Positions 30,024-38,889 of a stretch of DNA of 64,000 nucleotides are shown here, piece by piece. Both the position numbers and the translations under genes were made by a program. Under the pieces are notes generated by a model that had not been told where the DNA came from, searched no databases, and worked only from the letters and a program-made list of their open reading frames with translations. Position 1 is the first letter of the stretch, and each line of letters starts with the position of its first letter. The DNA lies in the NCBI GenBank assembly GCA_963767925.1, contig CAVYGB010000008.1, positions 2,048,001-2,112,000 of the forward strand, read 5' to 3'. The DNA comes from an uncultured delta proteobacterium (lineage in GTDB: Bacteria > Myxococcota_A > Polyangia > Fen-1088).

Positions 30024-30420
30024 TTACAAGTCGAACAGGGACGTGGGGTCAAAGACGATCCCCGTGCATTTGGCGACGTGGTGGAGGTTGGGAGAAGGCC
30101 ACCAGGCACGAAGCGTCGGGGCAGATTCGGCAAGTAGGGCGTGGCAGACGCCAACCCGCCGGTGCTCACGCTTGGTCAGGGTGAAGTGGAGGACGTCCCC
30201 AGTGACAACCGTGTAGCCCCAGAGGTCGGAGTCGTCGTCATCAGCCACCGCCACATGGACCAGGGTCCGCGGGTTGGTCAGGATCCGGTCCTGCAGCCGA
30301 CGTGTGCCTTCAGCGGTGTGCGACTCGGCTCAGGCCGTTGATCTGAGTCCAGACGTTCAGCCACGAGACCTTGACGAAGTTGATATCCCCTGGCCGGGAC
30401 CGGCGGATGCGGATCCTCAT
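30024..30420 (-). pseudogene. GNAT-like phage protein with a frameshift near 30315
   Basis: MRIRIRRSRPGDINFV.. in one frame continues as ..LWGYTVV..LHFTLTKREHRRVGVCHALL in the next frame. Confidence 0.55.
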
Positions 30421-30695
30421 AGCGCCGCGGACAGCACCTTTCCCAGCCGGCTCAAGAAGGCATCGGGGCCCTGCTCGTACAGCGCCTGCCAGGTCACGGA
30501 GACAACCCAGGGCTGGTCCGCGTAGGCGTCTCGGCCTTGGTCCTGGTTCCCGTCCTGCACCAAGACCGTGACCCCAACGGTGTCGAGGACGATGCCGGCT
30601 GACCCTGGAGTCTTGGGCCAGGTCTGGGCGTCATAGACGCCCACGCAGCCTGGGAAGCGGCTGATGAAGTCCTCGATTGTCTGCTTCAGGGTCAC
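30417..30695 (-). CDS. Phage hypothetical protein
   Basis: AAGGAGG RBS; coupled at both ends. Confidence 0.55.
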   Translation of the reverse strand: MTLKQTIEDFISRFPGCVGVYDAQTWPKTPGSAGIVLDTVGVTVLVQDGNQDQGRDAYADQPWVVSVTWQALYEQGPDAFLSRLGKVLSAAL

Positions 30696-31240
30696 TGGTC
30701 CTCCTTGGGCCCCGCTGGAGCCACTTGTTTGCTGATCTCCCGGGCGCGATCCGGATCCGCCTGGCCGAAGCGCTTGCGCAGCTCGAACGCCTTCAGCTCC
30801 CCGGACTTGGTCGCGGTGATGATCCCGTGCAGCTCCCGGAGCTGGCGGATGTCCCGGGAGGTGAGGTCGTCCTTGGTTGCCAGCTTGGCGATCGCCTTGT
30901 GTGCCGCCTGGACCGCCAGTTCCTCTGACGCCTCCAGGTCCGAGAAGTCCGGGAGGCCGGTCGAATCAGCCGGCTTGGCACGCTTCGGAGGCTTGGCCTT
31001 CTCCTCCCGAGCCAGGGCGAACTTCAGTTGAGACTCCAGGTTGGCGCGCATCTCCTTGGCCTTGGCAGCCTCCAGCTTCCCGGCAGCTACCAGGCCCAGG
31101 AGGTCCCGTAGGGCTCGTCTGATCTCCCCAGTTCCCTCCAGGGTTGCCCAGTGGTTCGGAGTCTGGGGATGACTGGGCTGGTTGTCGGGCGTGGAGGAGT
31201 GTTCTGCCCCCGCCCCCGTGGGCTTGTCGGGCTCAGACAT
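30692..31240 (-). CDS. Helical phage protein, terminase small subunit candidate by position
   Basis: GGAG RBS; lies upstream of terL; no diagnostic motif. Confidence 0.4.
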   Translation of the reverse strand: MSEPDKPTGAGAEHSSTPDNQPSHPQTPNHWATLEGTGEIRRALRDLLGLVAAGKLEAAKAKEMRANLESQLKFALAREEKAKPPKRAKPADSTGLPDFSDLEASEELAVQAAHKAIAKLATKDDLTSRDIRQLRELHGIITATKSGELKAFELRKRFGQADPDRAREISKQVAPAGPKEDQ

Positions 31241-31626
31241 TCCGCATCTCCCGGATCCGGGCACGGATTCTCGGTCAGCCACCGTTCAACCCTCGTCCAC
31301 GGGGCGTTCAGGTACCGACCGGCCTGGCGGGGTTTCCATCCGAGCGACAACATGGCAACGAAGCGGCGGGCCTCCCCCGACAGCTTCGGGTCTTGGCCGA
31401 GGGACGCATCGATGGCGTGCAGGGCCCGGGTGGCGTCCATTCTCTCCATGCCCTCAGCGACCACCTGTTCAGCAACCGCGGGTGGCATGGCGTCCAGGGA
31501 GATGACCGTCCGACCCGACCAATCCAGGTGGGTATCCCCCTCGGGGTCCTGGAAGCCGCTAGCCTTGAGTTTCTGCCGCCATTCCTGATTGAGACGACGG
31601 AAGCTCTTGGATTCGTAGAACGCCAT
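31087..31626 (-). CDS. Putative transcription regulator with sigma-region-4-like HTH
   Basis: LSGEARRFVAMLSLGWKPRQAGRYL; N-terminus paralogous to 32151-33452; 3' end overlaps the next gene. Confidence 0.55.
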   Translation of the reverse strand: MAFYESKSFRRLNQEWRQKLKASGFQDPEGDTHLDWSGRTVISLDAMPPAVAEQVVAEGMERMDATRALHAIDASLGQDPKLSGEARRFVAMLSLGWKPRQAGRYLNAPWTRVERWLTENPCPDPGDAECLSPTSPRGRGQNTPPRPTTSPVIPRLRTTGQPWRELGRSDEPYGTSWAW

Positions 31627-31961
31627 CAGCGACCCCTCTTTCCTTGGGCCAGGTGACGGCGGAGCTGGCGGGACTGCTCCCGACCTTGGTCAGGTGTGAG
31701 TGCCCGGGGACGGAGGCCCCGGTACAATCGCTCCCGGTAGGTCACACGCGTGGCCCCCAACTCAAGGACCGCCGCCCGGACCTCGGCCCCCAGGTAGGGC
31801 GACCACGGTCGGCCCAGGTACGCGGCCACGGCCAGACTGACAACCAGCGGTCGGATGGAGCAATCCGGATCGAAGACAAACAAGGACTGGATTGCGGACT
31901 CAACGGACGACAACCGACGGCTGGCGCTGGTTGCCGCTGGCCTACTTCGAGCGGACAACAC
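31626..31961 (-). CDS. Phage hypothetical protein, possibly winged helix
   Basis: TGATG-coupled; ..RLYRGLR. Confidence 0.4.
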   Translation of the reverse strand: MLSARSRPAATSASRRLSSVESAIQSLFVFDPDCSIRPLVVSLAVAAYLGRPWSPYLGAEVRAAVLELGATRVTYRERLYRGLRPRALTPDQGREQSRQLRRHLAQGKRGR

Positions 31962-32200
31962 GTTGGCCCTCCCCGCGATTCATCCCGTGGGGCCGGTGCC
32001 TTCGCAGTTCCCCGGAGGCGATCTCCAGAGCTTCCTCGGCCGCGGCTGCCGGACCCATTTCCCCTGTCCGGGTCTGGACCAGGACATCGAACACCGCCCG
32101 CAAGGCACGTTCTAGCCGGGAGGCGTACGCCGCCCGCGCGACGTCCGGACTCAAGGTCGGTGGTCGGTTGTCACGCGGGCCTGTTCGGGGGTCGTCTCTC
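31942..32200 (-). CDS. Small protein, paralog of 33449-33637 (start uncertain)
   Basis: TRTGEMGPAAAAEEALEIASGELRRHRPHG. Confidence 0.45.
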
Positions 32201-33452
32201 CCGATGCGGGGAAGCGCCCCGCGACGTTTGCCTTTTCGATGGTGGTTGTCGCCATTACTGATAGGGATTGATGTAAGTCCAGTGCGCTTGCGATCCCGTC
32301 CCAGGTGGCCGGAGATGGGCGCCACCGGCCAGACTCCAGTTCAGAAATCGTCCGTGCCTGGTAGCCGAGCCGGGTCCCGACCTGCGCCTGGGTCAGGCCG
32401 GCAGCCCGTCGCCACTTCCTGAGGACAACGCCGGGGTCGGACGGGTCCACCGGGACGGCGGGCGGTGGTTGGTAGCTGTCGAGCGCGTGGACCAGCCGTT
32501 CCAGGATCCCAGGACGGGGACGGGTCTTCCCTTTCTCGATCGAGACGTACACGTCCACCGGGACCCCGGCCAGCCGTGCCAACTTAGGTTTGGTCAGTCC
32601 GTGTGCCTGACGCCGCGCGCGCAGTTCTTCCCGGCTGATGACTAGCGGTGGTGGGGACGCGGTGGCTGGGCGACGGGCTTTCGGCGGTCGAGGAGAGCCA
32701 TTCTGGGTGCGTTTTGCACTACTCGGGATCGAGGGCCGGAACGGGACCCAGGTTCGACTTGGTTCCGAGATTGGCGGGGGGGCAAAGGGCTCCAGGGTCT
32801 GCCCGGCGAGCAGGGCCGCGATCTCCGCCTCCCATCGGGTGGTCTGGCTCCGCTCAACCTTCAGGAATGTCGAGGCTGCGTCAGACGACCAGCCGAGGTC
32901 ATGCCGGAGCGACAAGTACCGCCGCGCCGAGGCCGAAAGACGACCGTCCGATACGAGGGCCAGTTCCGGCGCCTCGACATGACCGGCCGGGGGTGGTGGG
33001 GTGGCCTCGATGGGGGTGGGTCTGCCCGCTACTCGGGCGGCGGTCCTCCACGGTCGAGCGGGGAGGCCTTCGAGCAAGGTCCGGGCGTCAGCGATGTCCT
33101 GGCTTCCGTTCCGGCCCTCGTGCCAGATGGTTCGCTTTTTGTACGTGCCTAAAACCCGGGCAGCCGTGGCGGGTACCAGGCCAACGTCGAATACGAGACT
33201 GAGAGTTTTTCTGGTGTCGGGCGATAGCCGGGGGTCCTCCACGAGCTGCAGTTCGGGCGCGGCCCCAGGAAGGTGGCTGGCCGAACGGAGCACGAACTCT
33301 CGGCGCTCGGACGACATTCCGTCCAGATGATCGATCGGCCGGTTGGAGTCATCGTTCATGCGGTCTGTGGTCGCCGCCTCCGCGTCCCGGAACCCTGATT
33401 GGCGAAGTCGGGCGCGCCATTCTCGTTGCAACGGGACGGGTGGGGTCTTCAC
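32151..33452 (-). CDS. Multi-HTH regulator (two sigma4-like plus two XRE HTH domains)
   Basis: LRARRQAHGLTKPKLARLAGV..IEKG and LRKWRRAAGLTQAQVGTRLG..ISELESG. Confidence 0.75.
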   Translation of the reverse strand: MKTPPVPLQREWRARLRQSGFRDAEAATTDRMNDDSNRPIDHLDGMSSERREFVLRSASHLPGAAPELQLVEDPRLSPDTRKTLSLVFDVGLVPATAARVLGTYKKRTIWHEGRNGSQDIADARTLLEGLPARPWRTAARVAGRPTPIEATPPPPAGHVEAPELALVSDGRLSASARRYLSLRHDLGWSSDAASTFLKVERSQTTRWEAEIAALLAGQTLEPFAPPPISEPSRTWVPFRPSIPSSAKRTQNGSPRPPKARRPATASPPPLVISREELRARRQAHGLTKPKLARLAGVPVDVYVSIEKGKTRPRPGILERLVHALDSYQPPPAVPVDPSDPGVVLRKWRRAAGLTQAQVGTRLGYQARTISELESGRWRPSPATWDGIASALDLHQSLSVMATTTIEKANVAGRFPASGETTPEQARVTTDHRP

Positions 33453-33637
33453 TGCCCAACCCCGTGAGGCTCGTACCGCCCGAGTTCGGCACCGGCCGCG
33501 AGCACGATCTCGTACACCGCGGCCTCGGGCGACAATTCACCAATTCGGGCGGTCAGTGCTGAGATCCAGGACTTGGCGAAGGGCCTCGCGCAATCTCGCG
33601 GCGTGGACCTGGTGCGCGTCGCTGCAGATTGCCTCAC
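33449..33637 (-). CDS. Small phage protein
   Basis: GTGA coupling to both neighbours. Confidence 0.45.
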   Translation of the reverse strand: MRQSAATRTRSTPRDCARPFAKSWISALTARIGELSPEAAVYEIVLAAGAELGRYEPHGVGQ

Positions 33638-33882
33638 TCATCGACAGTGCCCTCGGCGCCGGTTTCCTGTCCGACTTGGCCGTCCGGGGGGGCCTCCTCC
33701 GGGGGCTGAGCTTCTGCCAGAGCCGCCACCAACCGTGCCCAAGTTGCCCGGGTGGGGCGAAGCCGCCCGGCTTCGATCGCCCAACAAGCCGTCCGACTCA
33801 GACCGGCCGCCCGTGAAAGTGCCCGTTGACTCAGTCCGGCCGACAAGCGGCGGTCTCTCAGGGTCTCTGCTTTGGTTGACAT
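33634..33882 (-). CDS. Cro/XRE-family HTH protein
   Basis: LRDRRLSAGLSQRALSRAAGLSRTACWAIEAGR. Confidence 0.8.
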   Translation of the reverse strand: MSTKAETLRDRRLSAGLSQRALSRAAGLSRTACWAIEAGRLRPTRATWARLVAALAEAQPPEEAPPDGQVGQETGAEGTVDE

Positions 33883-33891
33883 TCCACTTGT

Positions 33892-33905
33892 CGGGATTCC
33901 CGCCG
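33892..33905 (-). promoter_or_regulatory. Phage motif, copy 4
   Basis: Exact 14-mer, 9 nt upstream of the XRE ATG. Confidence 0.65.
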
Positions 33906-34269
33906 CAGGTTCCCGGCTGCCAACGTCGGTCTGGATGGAGTGACAATCGTCTAAGTCCATGATTCTACAATGTAGAATTTCACGACGCCGAGGGTTGTCA
34001 ATGCAAGATTCCCGGAGGGCTAATACGCCTCTCCTCGCCTACCAACTAGCAACTACCATTTAGTAGCTAGTTGCTAAACGCTAATGCCCCAGCTTGGGCA
34101 ATCGCGAACCTTAACCAGAAACAGCGAATTTGGGGTGTTTTTGGGGCCTTGGTACAGCCGTGGCTATCTCACCCCTCGGGAGGGCCCAAACGTCGATTGG
34201 AGGGCCCGTGGGAGCGCCTGGGAGCACGTCCAGCGGAGCGATCGTTGGAGGCCGGGGTGGTGCGGCTAG

Positions 34270-35809
34270 CAGCCCGTTGAAAATGTCCGGGGACCGCGCC
34301 CGCCACCAAGAACGCACCCAAGTTCTTCCCGACGAGCTTGAATACCTGAACACCTGATCAAGATCGACCGCGGATCGGGGCTCGTGCACGATGCCGCGAT
34401 GGCGATGGGAAAGCGGGGTGGCGAGCAGGAGGATCTGTTCGTCCCCTACCAGCAGATGCGTGCTCAGAGTCACCCCTACTACCAAGCCGTCAACCGGGTG
34501 CTGGCGGCGAAGGGGTTCGACAAGTACGCGCAGAAGATCTGCGCGAAGTTCTACGCGGACAAGTTGGGACGGCCGAGTTTGCCGCCCGGCGTGTACTTTC
34601 GGTGCCTGTTGCTGGGCTACTTCGAGGGGATCGACAGCGAACGGGGCATCGCCTGGCGGGCGGCAGACTCGCTGAGCATGCGCGAGTTTCTGGGCATCCC
34701 GGCCGGAAAGGCGACGCCCGACCATTCGACGCTGTCGAGGATACGGACGCGTCTTTCCCTCGAGGTACACCAGGCCGTCTTCACGTGGGTCCTCGGTGTG
34801 CTCGACGCCAACGGCTTGATCAAGGGCAAGACCATCGGGGTGGATGCGACGACGCTGGAAGCAAACGCTGCGATGAGGTCGATCGTTCGACGGGATGACG
34901 GGCGCTCCTACGAGCAATTCCTCACGGACCTGGCCAAGAACTCGGGAATCGAGACGCCGACTCGCGAGGATCTCTCTCGGCTCGACCGGAAGCGGAAGAA
35001 GAAGGGCTCGAACGAAGACTGGGTCAATCCGCACGACCCCGACGCCAAAATTACAAAGATGAAGGACGGCCGCACGCATCTTGCTCACAAGGATGAGCAC
35101 GCGGTGGACATGGAAACCGGCGCCATCGTCGCGGTGACCCTGCAAGGCGCGACCGAGGGCGATACGTCGACGATCGACGGGACACTCGAGGCTGCCGAGC
35201 AGAATCTCGAGAAGGCTCGAGAGCATGCTGGCGACGAATCTAAGATGGACCCGGAATCCAAAGAGGTCGTCGCGGACAAGGGTTACCACAGCAAGGCCGT
35301 GATGCTGGCTCTGCGCCTCGCGGGCTGGCGAACGTACATCGCGGAGCCCCGCCGGGGTCGTCAGCATTGGGAGGACCAGAACGACGAACGCGACGCCGTG
35401 TACGGCAATCGCCGGCGCATGGAGGGAGACCACGGCAAGGAACTCATGCAGCTTCGGGGTGAGCTCATCGAGCGCACCTTTGCTCATGCCCTCGAGAGCG
35501 GCGGCATGCGACGCACTCATCTGCGCCACCACGAAAACATCGCCAAGCGGCTGCTGGTCCACCTCGCCGGGTTCAACCTCGGCCTGCTGATGCGCAAATG
35601 CTTTGGCGTGGGCAAGCCCAGGTGCCTCCAAGGCCGAGCGGCCGTTCTGGCCGCCCTGTGGGCCGCTCTGATGGGGCTTCTCGACGTGCTGATCCGTGCC
35701 GCGTCGGTTTTCCGGGCCATCAGTGGCCTCCCCCGCGTCGCTCGTCAGCCCAAGCCCATCACGGGCCGCTGGCTGGCCGGCTGACGGGAGCCCGCTTTTC
35801 AACGGGCTG
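34270..35809 (+). mobile_element. IS5/IS1182-like insertion sequence (1540 bp)
   Basis: Perfect 14-bp IR CAGCCCGTTGAAAA; CTAG at both flanks (34266-34269, 35810-35813). Confidence 0.93.
34384..35784 (+). CDS. DDE transposase with DUF772-like N-terminus
   Basis: GRPSLPP..PDHSTLSR, VDAT, ADKGY, IERTF. Confidence 0.93.
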   Translation: MHDAAMAMGKRGGEQEDLFVPYQQMRAQSHPYYQAVNRVLAAKGFDKYAQKICAKFYADKLGRPSLPPGVYFRCLLLGYFEGIDSERGIAWRAADSLSMREFLGIPAGKATPDHSTLSRIRTRLSLEVHQAVFTWVLGVLDANGLIKGKTIGVDATTLEANAAMRSIVRRDDGRSYEQFLTDLAKNSGIETPTREDLSRLDRKRKKKGSNEDWVNPHDPDAKITKMKDGRTHLAHKDEHAVDMETGAIVAVTLQGATEGDTSTIDGTLEAAEQNLEKAREHAGDESKMDPESKEVVADKGYHSKAVMLALRLAGWRTYIAEPRRGRQHWEDQNDERDAVYGNRRRMEGDHGKELMQLRGELIERTFAHALESGGMRRTHLRHHENIAKRLLVHLAGFNLGLLMRKCFGVGKPRCLQGRAAVLAALWAALMGLLDVLIRAASVFRAISGLPRVARQPKPITGRWLAG

Positions 35810-35975
35810 CTAGCGGGGATTGAGTGAATCGCGGGATGATCGTGACCAACTCCTGGATCGATCACGGAATGATCCTGAGCCAGTCGTGGCCAACTCCCGG
35901 GGTGGTGGCAGGGACGATCTCCCCTGGACGGCGCACCTGAAGTCAATGATTTCCGGTACTTACAGAAAGCCAAGC

Positions 35976-36000
35976 ACGAGCTAGCTTGAAGCTAGCTCGT
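35976..36000. repeat. Perfect 25-bp palindrome at the end of the rep gene
   Basis: ACGAGCTAGCTT-G-AAGCTAGCTCGT. Confidence 0.8.
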
Positions 36001-38075
36001 CAAGTCCGGCGAAGGCCGCGGGTGAACCCAATGTCGTGCATGGGGCTTTGAGGCTGGCGGGGTCGGTTGCGAAAGGCCACCGTCTCGGCGTCTCGCTCAG
36101 CTTGAAACTCCGCGCGGTGGCGCCACCACTCCAGGCCTTCGGGAGAAGCGTCCCACTCATCAGAACGACGCAGCGCCTTGAGGTACGCAATTTCGTCGTC
36201 CAAGTCCCCCTGTCGCTGGCGAGCCACCCGCCACGCTTCTCTGCTGGATCGGGGGCGAGCTTCAGCGGGGGTTCTTGTGGGCCGCTTCGCCCCCGTCGGG
36301 GCCAGGACGACGGGCAGTTTTCCCGGGGGAGTGGAACACGGAATTGGGCCCTCTGGCGATGTATCAACACCTGCCTGGCAGTCTACCCCTAGGACGGGTT
36401 GTGTCGCAGTGCTCTGGGGGTCTTTGGGGGTGTTTCTGACACTGGAAGCGATGCCCTGGGTCCTATCGACGTATCCCCCTGTAACTACAACGGGTATTTC
36501 ATAAGGAAGAGGAGAGAGAGGGAGGGGGGGCTTGGTGGTGTATCGGAAGCTTGTCTCCCCCACACGGTATCCCGCCGTTCGGGACAGGAACCCCAGCCTG
36601 ACCGCCTGCTGGACCAGGACCAGACCTGGCGACAGGCCCGCCGCCCGAAAGGCCCCCCCGCCGGCCTTGGCCTTCAGCACCGCGGTCAGACCCGAGCGGG
36701 CCGACACCGGCGCGGGCTTGCCCCCGGCGATGGTGAGCAGGGTCGAGGATTGGAAGGCGACGCTGGAGGTGTCCCACCCCTGCTCCTCCGCCCAGCGGAG
36801 GACCCCCACGAGGACTCGGAGGCGAGGGCGGAGCCATGGGTCCAGTGGCTGGGTCCGCTCCCAGTCAGACTCGGCCAGGAGGCCCATGGCGGCCTGGCGC
36901 CACCGGCTGGAGGTGCCGTCGATCGCCCGGGGGCTCTGGCCGGGGTGGCCCGCCCGGAACTCCGCCAGCATCATCCCCAAGGTCGTCCCGCCCTTGTAGA
37001 GGTGGCAACCTCCCGCCCGGTCAATCCGTTCTAGACGATCCCACTCGCTGCCAGCGCTGTCCACCATGGCGATGATGGTCCCTTCACGATCGCGGTCGAG
37101 GTCTTTTGAGACGTGCTCCCCTCGCTCAAGGAGGGTGCGGACGCGGCCCTGGGTCTGGGACCGGGACATCCCTCGCCGCCAACATTCAAACGGGAGCTTC
37201 ACCGCCGCGTCGTTCCGTTCTCCAAAGTTGGGGATGCCCTGCTCCAGTTGAGCTATCCGGGCGTGGTACTCCTTGCCGTATAGAAGCTCTCCGCAACTAC
37301 CTGATTTCTTACGGGGTATTTCATAAGGAAGAGAAGAGAGTGGGAGGGGGGCCGTAGGGGCCTCCTGTAGGGTGATGCTTGCAAGTGGTTGACGACCTTC
37401 CTCCAGCCGGTCAAGGAAGTCAGTAATCTCCTGCCAGAGGTTCCGACGGACACCCCGGCCCCAGTCCCGGCCGTGCATCGGCCGAAGGGTCTCAGGGTCG
37501 AGCAGGGTGCTCCCCCGGCCGAAGGGGACTCGGAGGTGACGCTGGCAAAATACCTCGACCACCCCGGGCCGGTTCCCGACCGTGGCCACCACCCGGGCCT
37601 GCAGCTCGGCCGCCCCGATGGGCTCCCGGAGCGGGACGTACGCGTGGACCCCCCGGGACGGGGAGGAGCGGACCACCGCGCATGTCGGCCTGCCCAGCTT
37701 GCCCAGCGCCGCGGCTAGGTTCCCGCGCACGACGGTGTCCAGCAGGTCCCGTGTGTAGTGGTCATCGTCGGGCGAGTCGATGTCCAGCTTGATCAGGCGA
37801 GTTCGCTTCGGGGCCTCGGCTCGGAGGGTGACCTGGCCCAGGAGATGGCGAGCCAGCATCCAGTCATCAACCGGTCCGGCTACCACCCGCCACCCGTGCC
37901 TGCCTTCCACCCAATGACGCGGGGCCTGGTCCAGCTCCAGCACCCGCAACATCCGGGTAATCAACCTGACTACCGACACGGAGTGGGCGCCCAACCGTTG
38001 AGCCAGTTCCTCAATCGGGTCGTTGCGGGGAGTGGGCTCCGGCGCCCTTTCCCGGACGAAACTACTATCTACCAT
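36000..38075 (-). CDS. Replication protein with AEP primase-polymerase-like N-terminal domain
   Basis: KLDID (DxD), SSPSRGVHAY (SxH), LRVPFG; PriCT-like GERNDAAVKL. Confidence 0.65.
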   Translation of the reverse strand: MVDSSFVRERAPEPTPRNDPIEELAQRLGAHSVSVVRLITRMLRVLELDQAPRHWVEGRHGWRVVAGPVDDWMLARHLLGQVTLRAEAPKRTRLIKLDIDSPDDDHYTRDLLDTVVRGNLAAALGKLGRPTCAVVRSSPSRGVHAYVPLREPIGAAELQARVVATVGNRPGVVEVFCQRHLRVPFGRGSTLLDPETLRPMHGRDWGRGVRRNLWQEITDFLDRLEEGRQPLASITLQEAPTAPLPLSSLPYEIPRKKSGSCGELLYGKEYHARIAQLEQGIPNFGERNDAAVKLPFECWRRGMSRSQTQGRVRTLLERGEHVSKDLDRDREGTIIAMVDSAGSEWDRLERIDRAGGCHLYKGGTTLGMMLAEFRAGHPGQSPRAIDGTSSRWRQAAMGLLAESDWERTQPLDPWLRPRLRVLVGVLRWAEEQGWDTSSVAFQSSTLLTIAGGKPAPVSARSGLTAVLKAKAGGGAFRAAGLSPGLVLVQQAVRLGFLSRTAGYRVGETSFRYTTKPPLPLSPLPYEIPVVVTGGYVDRTQGIASSVRNTPKDPQSTATQPVLGVDCQAGVDTSPEGPIPCSTPPGKLPVVLAPTGAKRPTRTPAEARPRSSREAWRVARQRQGDLDDEIAYLKALRRSDEWDASPEGLEWWRHRAEFQAERDAETVAFRNRPRQPQSPMHDIGFTRGLRRT

Positions 38076-38092
38076 GTAAGTTAATGTCCTAC

Positions 38093-38551
38093 CTAAGTCA
38101 TAGGTCGTAGCGCGCGCGGACCCGGTCGTCCATTCAAAACCGTCCCGCCAGACTGCCGCGATACGTTGATGATGGTCTTTTCAGCCTCCAGCGCACTGCG
38201 ACGACCCCAACGAGCCGGCTTGAAGCCGCCGCGTGGTCCGGCGACCTGATTGACACACGGCTTCAGTCCCGCCGCAGCCAGGTCCGCGAACCAGGCCGCC
38301 ATGGCGGCGTTAACCGGCCGACATTTATGGGCTTTCATCCTGACCCATAGCGGCAGGGTCGTGAGCCCGAAATACATCTCGGCGCGTCCCGGGCGGGGAT
38401 CGCTCAGCGCGTAAACGACGTGCTTGCGGCGGCGCAGCGGGCCGAACGATTTGACCCACCGCCGCTGTCGGTCACGAGCGACCGCAAGGCAATTGACGCA
38501 ACTCTTTCGGCCATCCACTGGCGGTTCTTTTCGGCACCTGGAACATTTCAT
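38093..38551 (-). CDS. Zn-finger plus GIY-YIG-like nuclease
   Basis: CSRC..CVNC; VVYAL..MYFGLT..RMKAH..ALEAEKTII..VLN; AGGAGG RBS. Confidence 0.65.
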   Translation of the reverse strand: MKCSRCRKEPPVDGRKSCVNCLAVARDRQRRWVKSFGPLRRRKHVVYALSDPRPGRAEMYFGLTTLPLWVRMKAHKCRPVNAAMAAWFADLAAAGLKPCVNQVAGPRGGFKPARWGRRSALEAEKTIINVSRQSGGTVLNGRPGPRALRPMT

Positions 38552-38889
38552 GTGATCCCTCCTGCAAGGAGGGATTGCGGTTGTTCCGTTCGTTGGTAGC
38601 ACACCGAGAATGCAGTGAAAACCCAATATTTTCGCGATGTTGCCGATTTGACGGCCAAACAGAAAACTCAGCCGCGCCGCCTAGACACAGCGTGTCTACG
38701 AATTATTGGACGCCAAACCAGCAATCGGCGCGGTCGGGTAGGCGGCTGGGGCCCCGAGGTAGCTCCAAAATCCTAATGTTTGTCCGGACTTAGAAGGTCG
38801 CCTTGGCTGAGGGTCGGAAGTTCCCGCGCCGACGGGAGCGGGTGGGGGCGGGACTGCGGCCCGGGCGAACAGCCGCAATCCCTTCAGTC

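Noticed and set aside
33960..33982. Resemblance of TTCTAC-ATT-GTAGAA (minus strand) to a Cas12a repeat stem or solitary-repeat anti-CRISPR
   Set aside because: Single copy with a 3-nt loop, no array or cas genes; better explained as an operator palindrome
34111..35973. 620-aa minus-strand ORF
   Set aside because: Antisense shadow of the transposase; crosses both IS ends
35976..36000. Protelomerase target (telRL) suggesting a linear plasmid prophage
   Set aside because: No protelomerase recognised, and the phage is integrated through a tRNA att site
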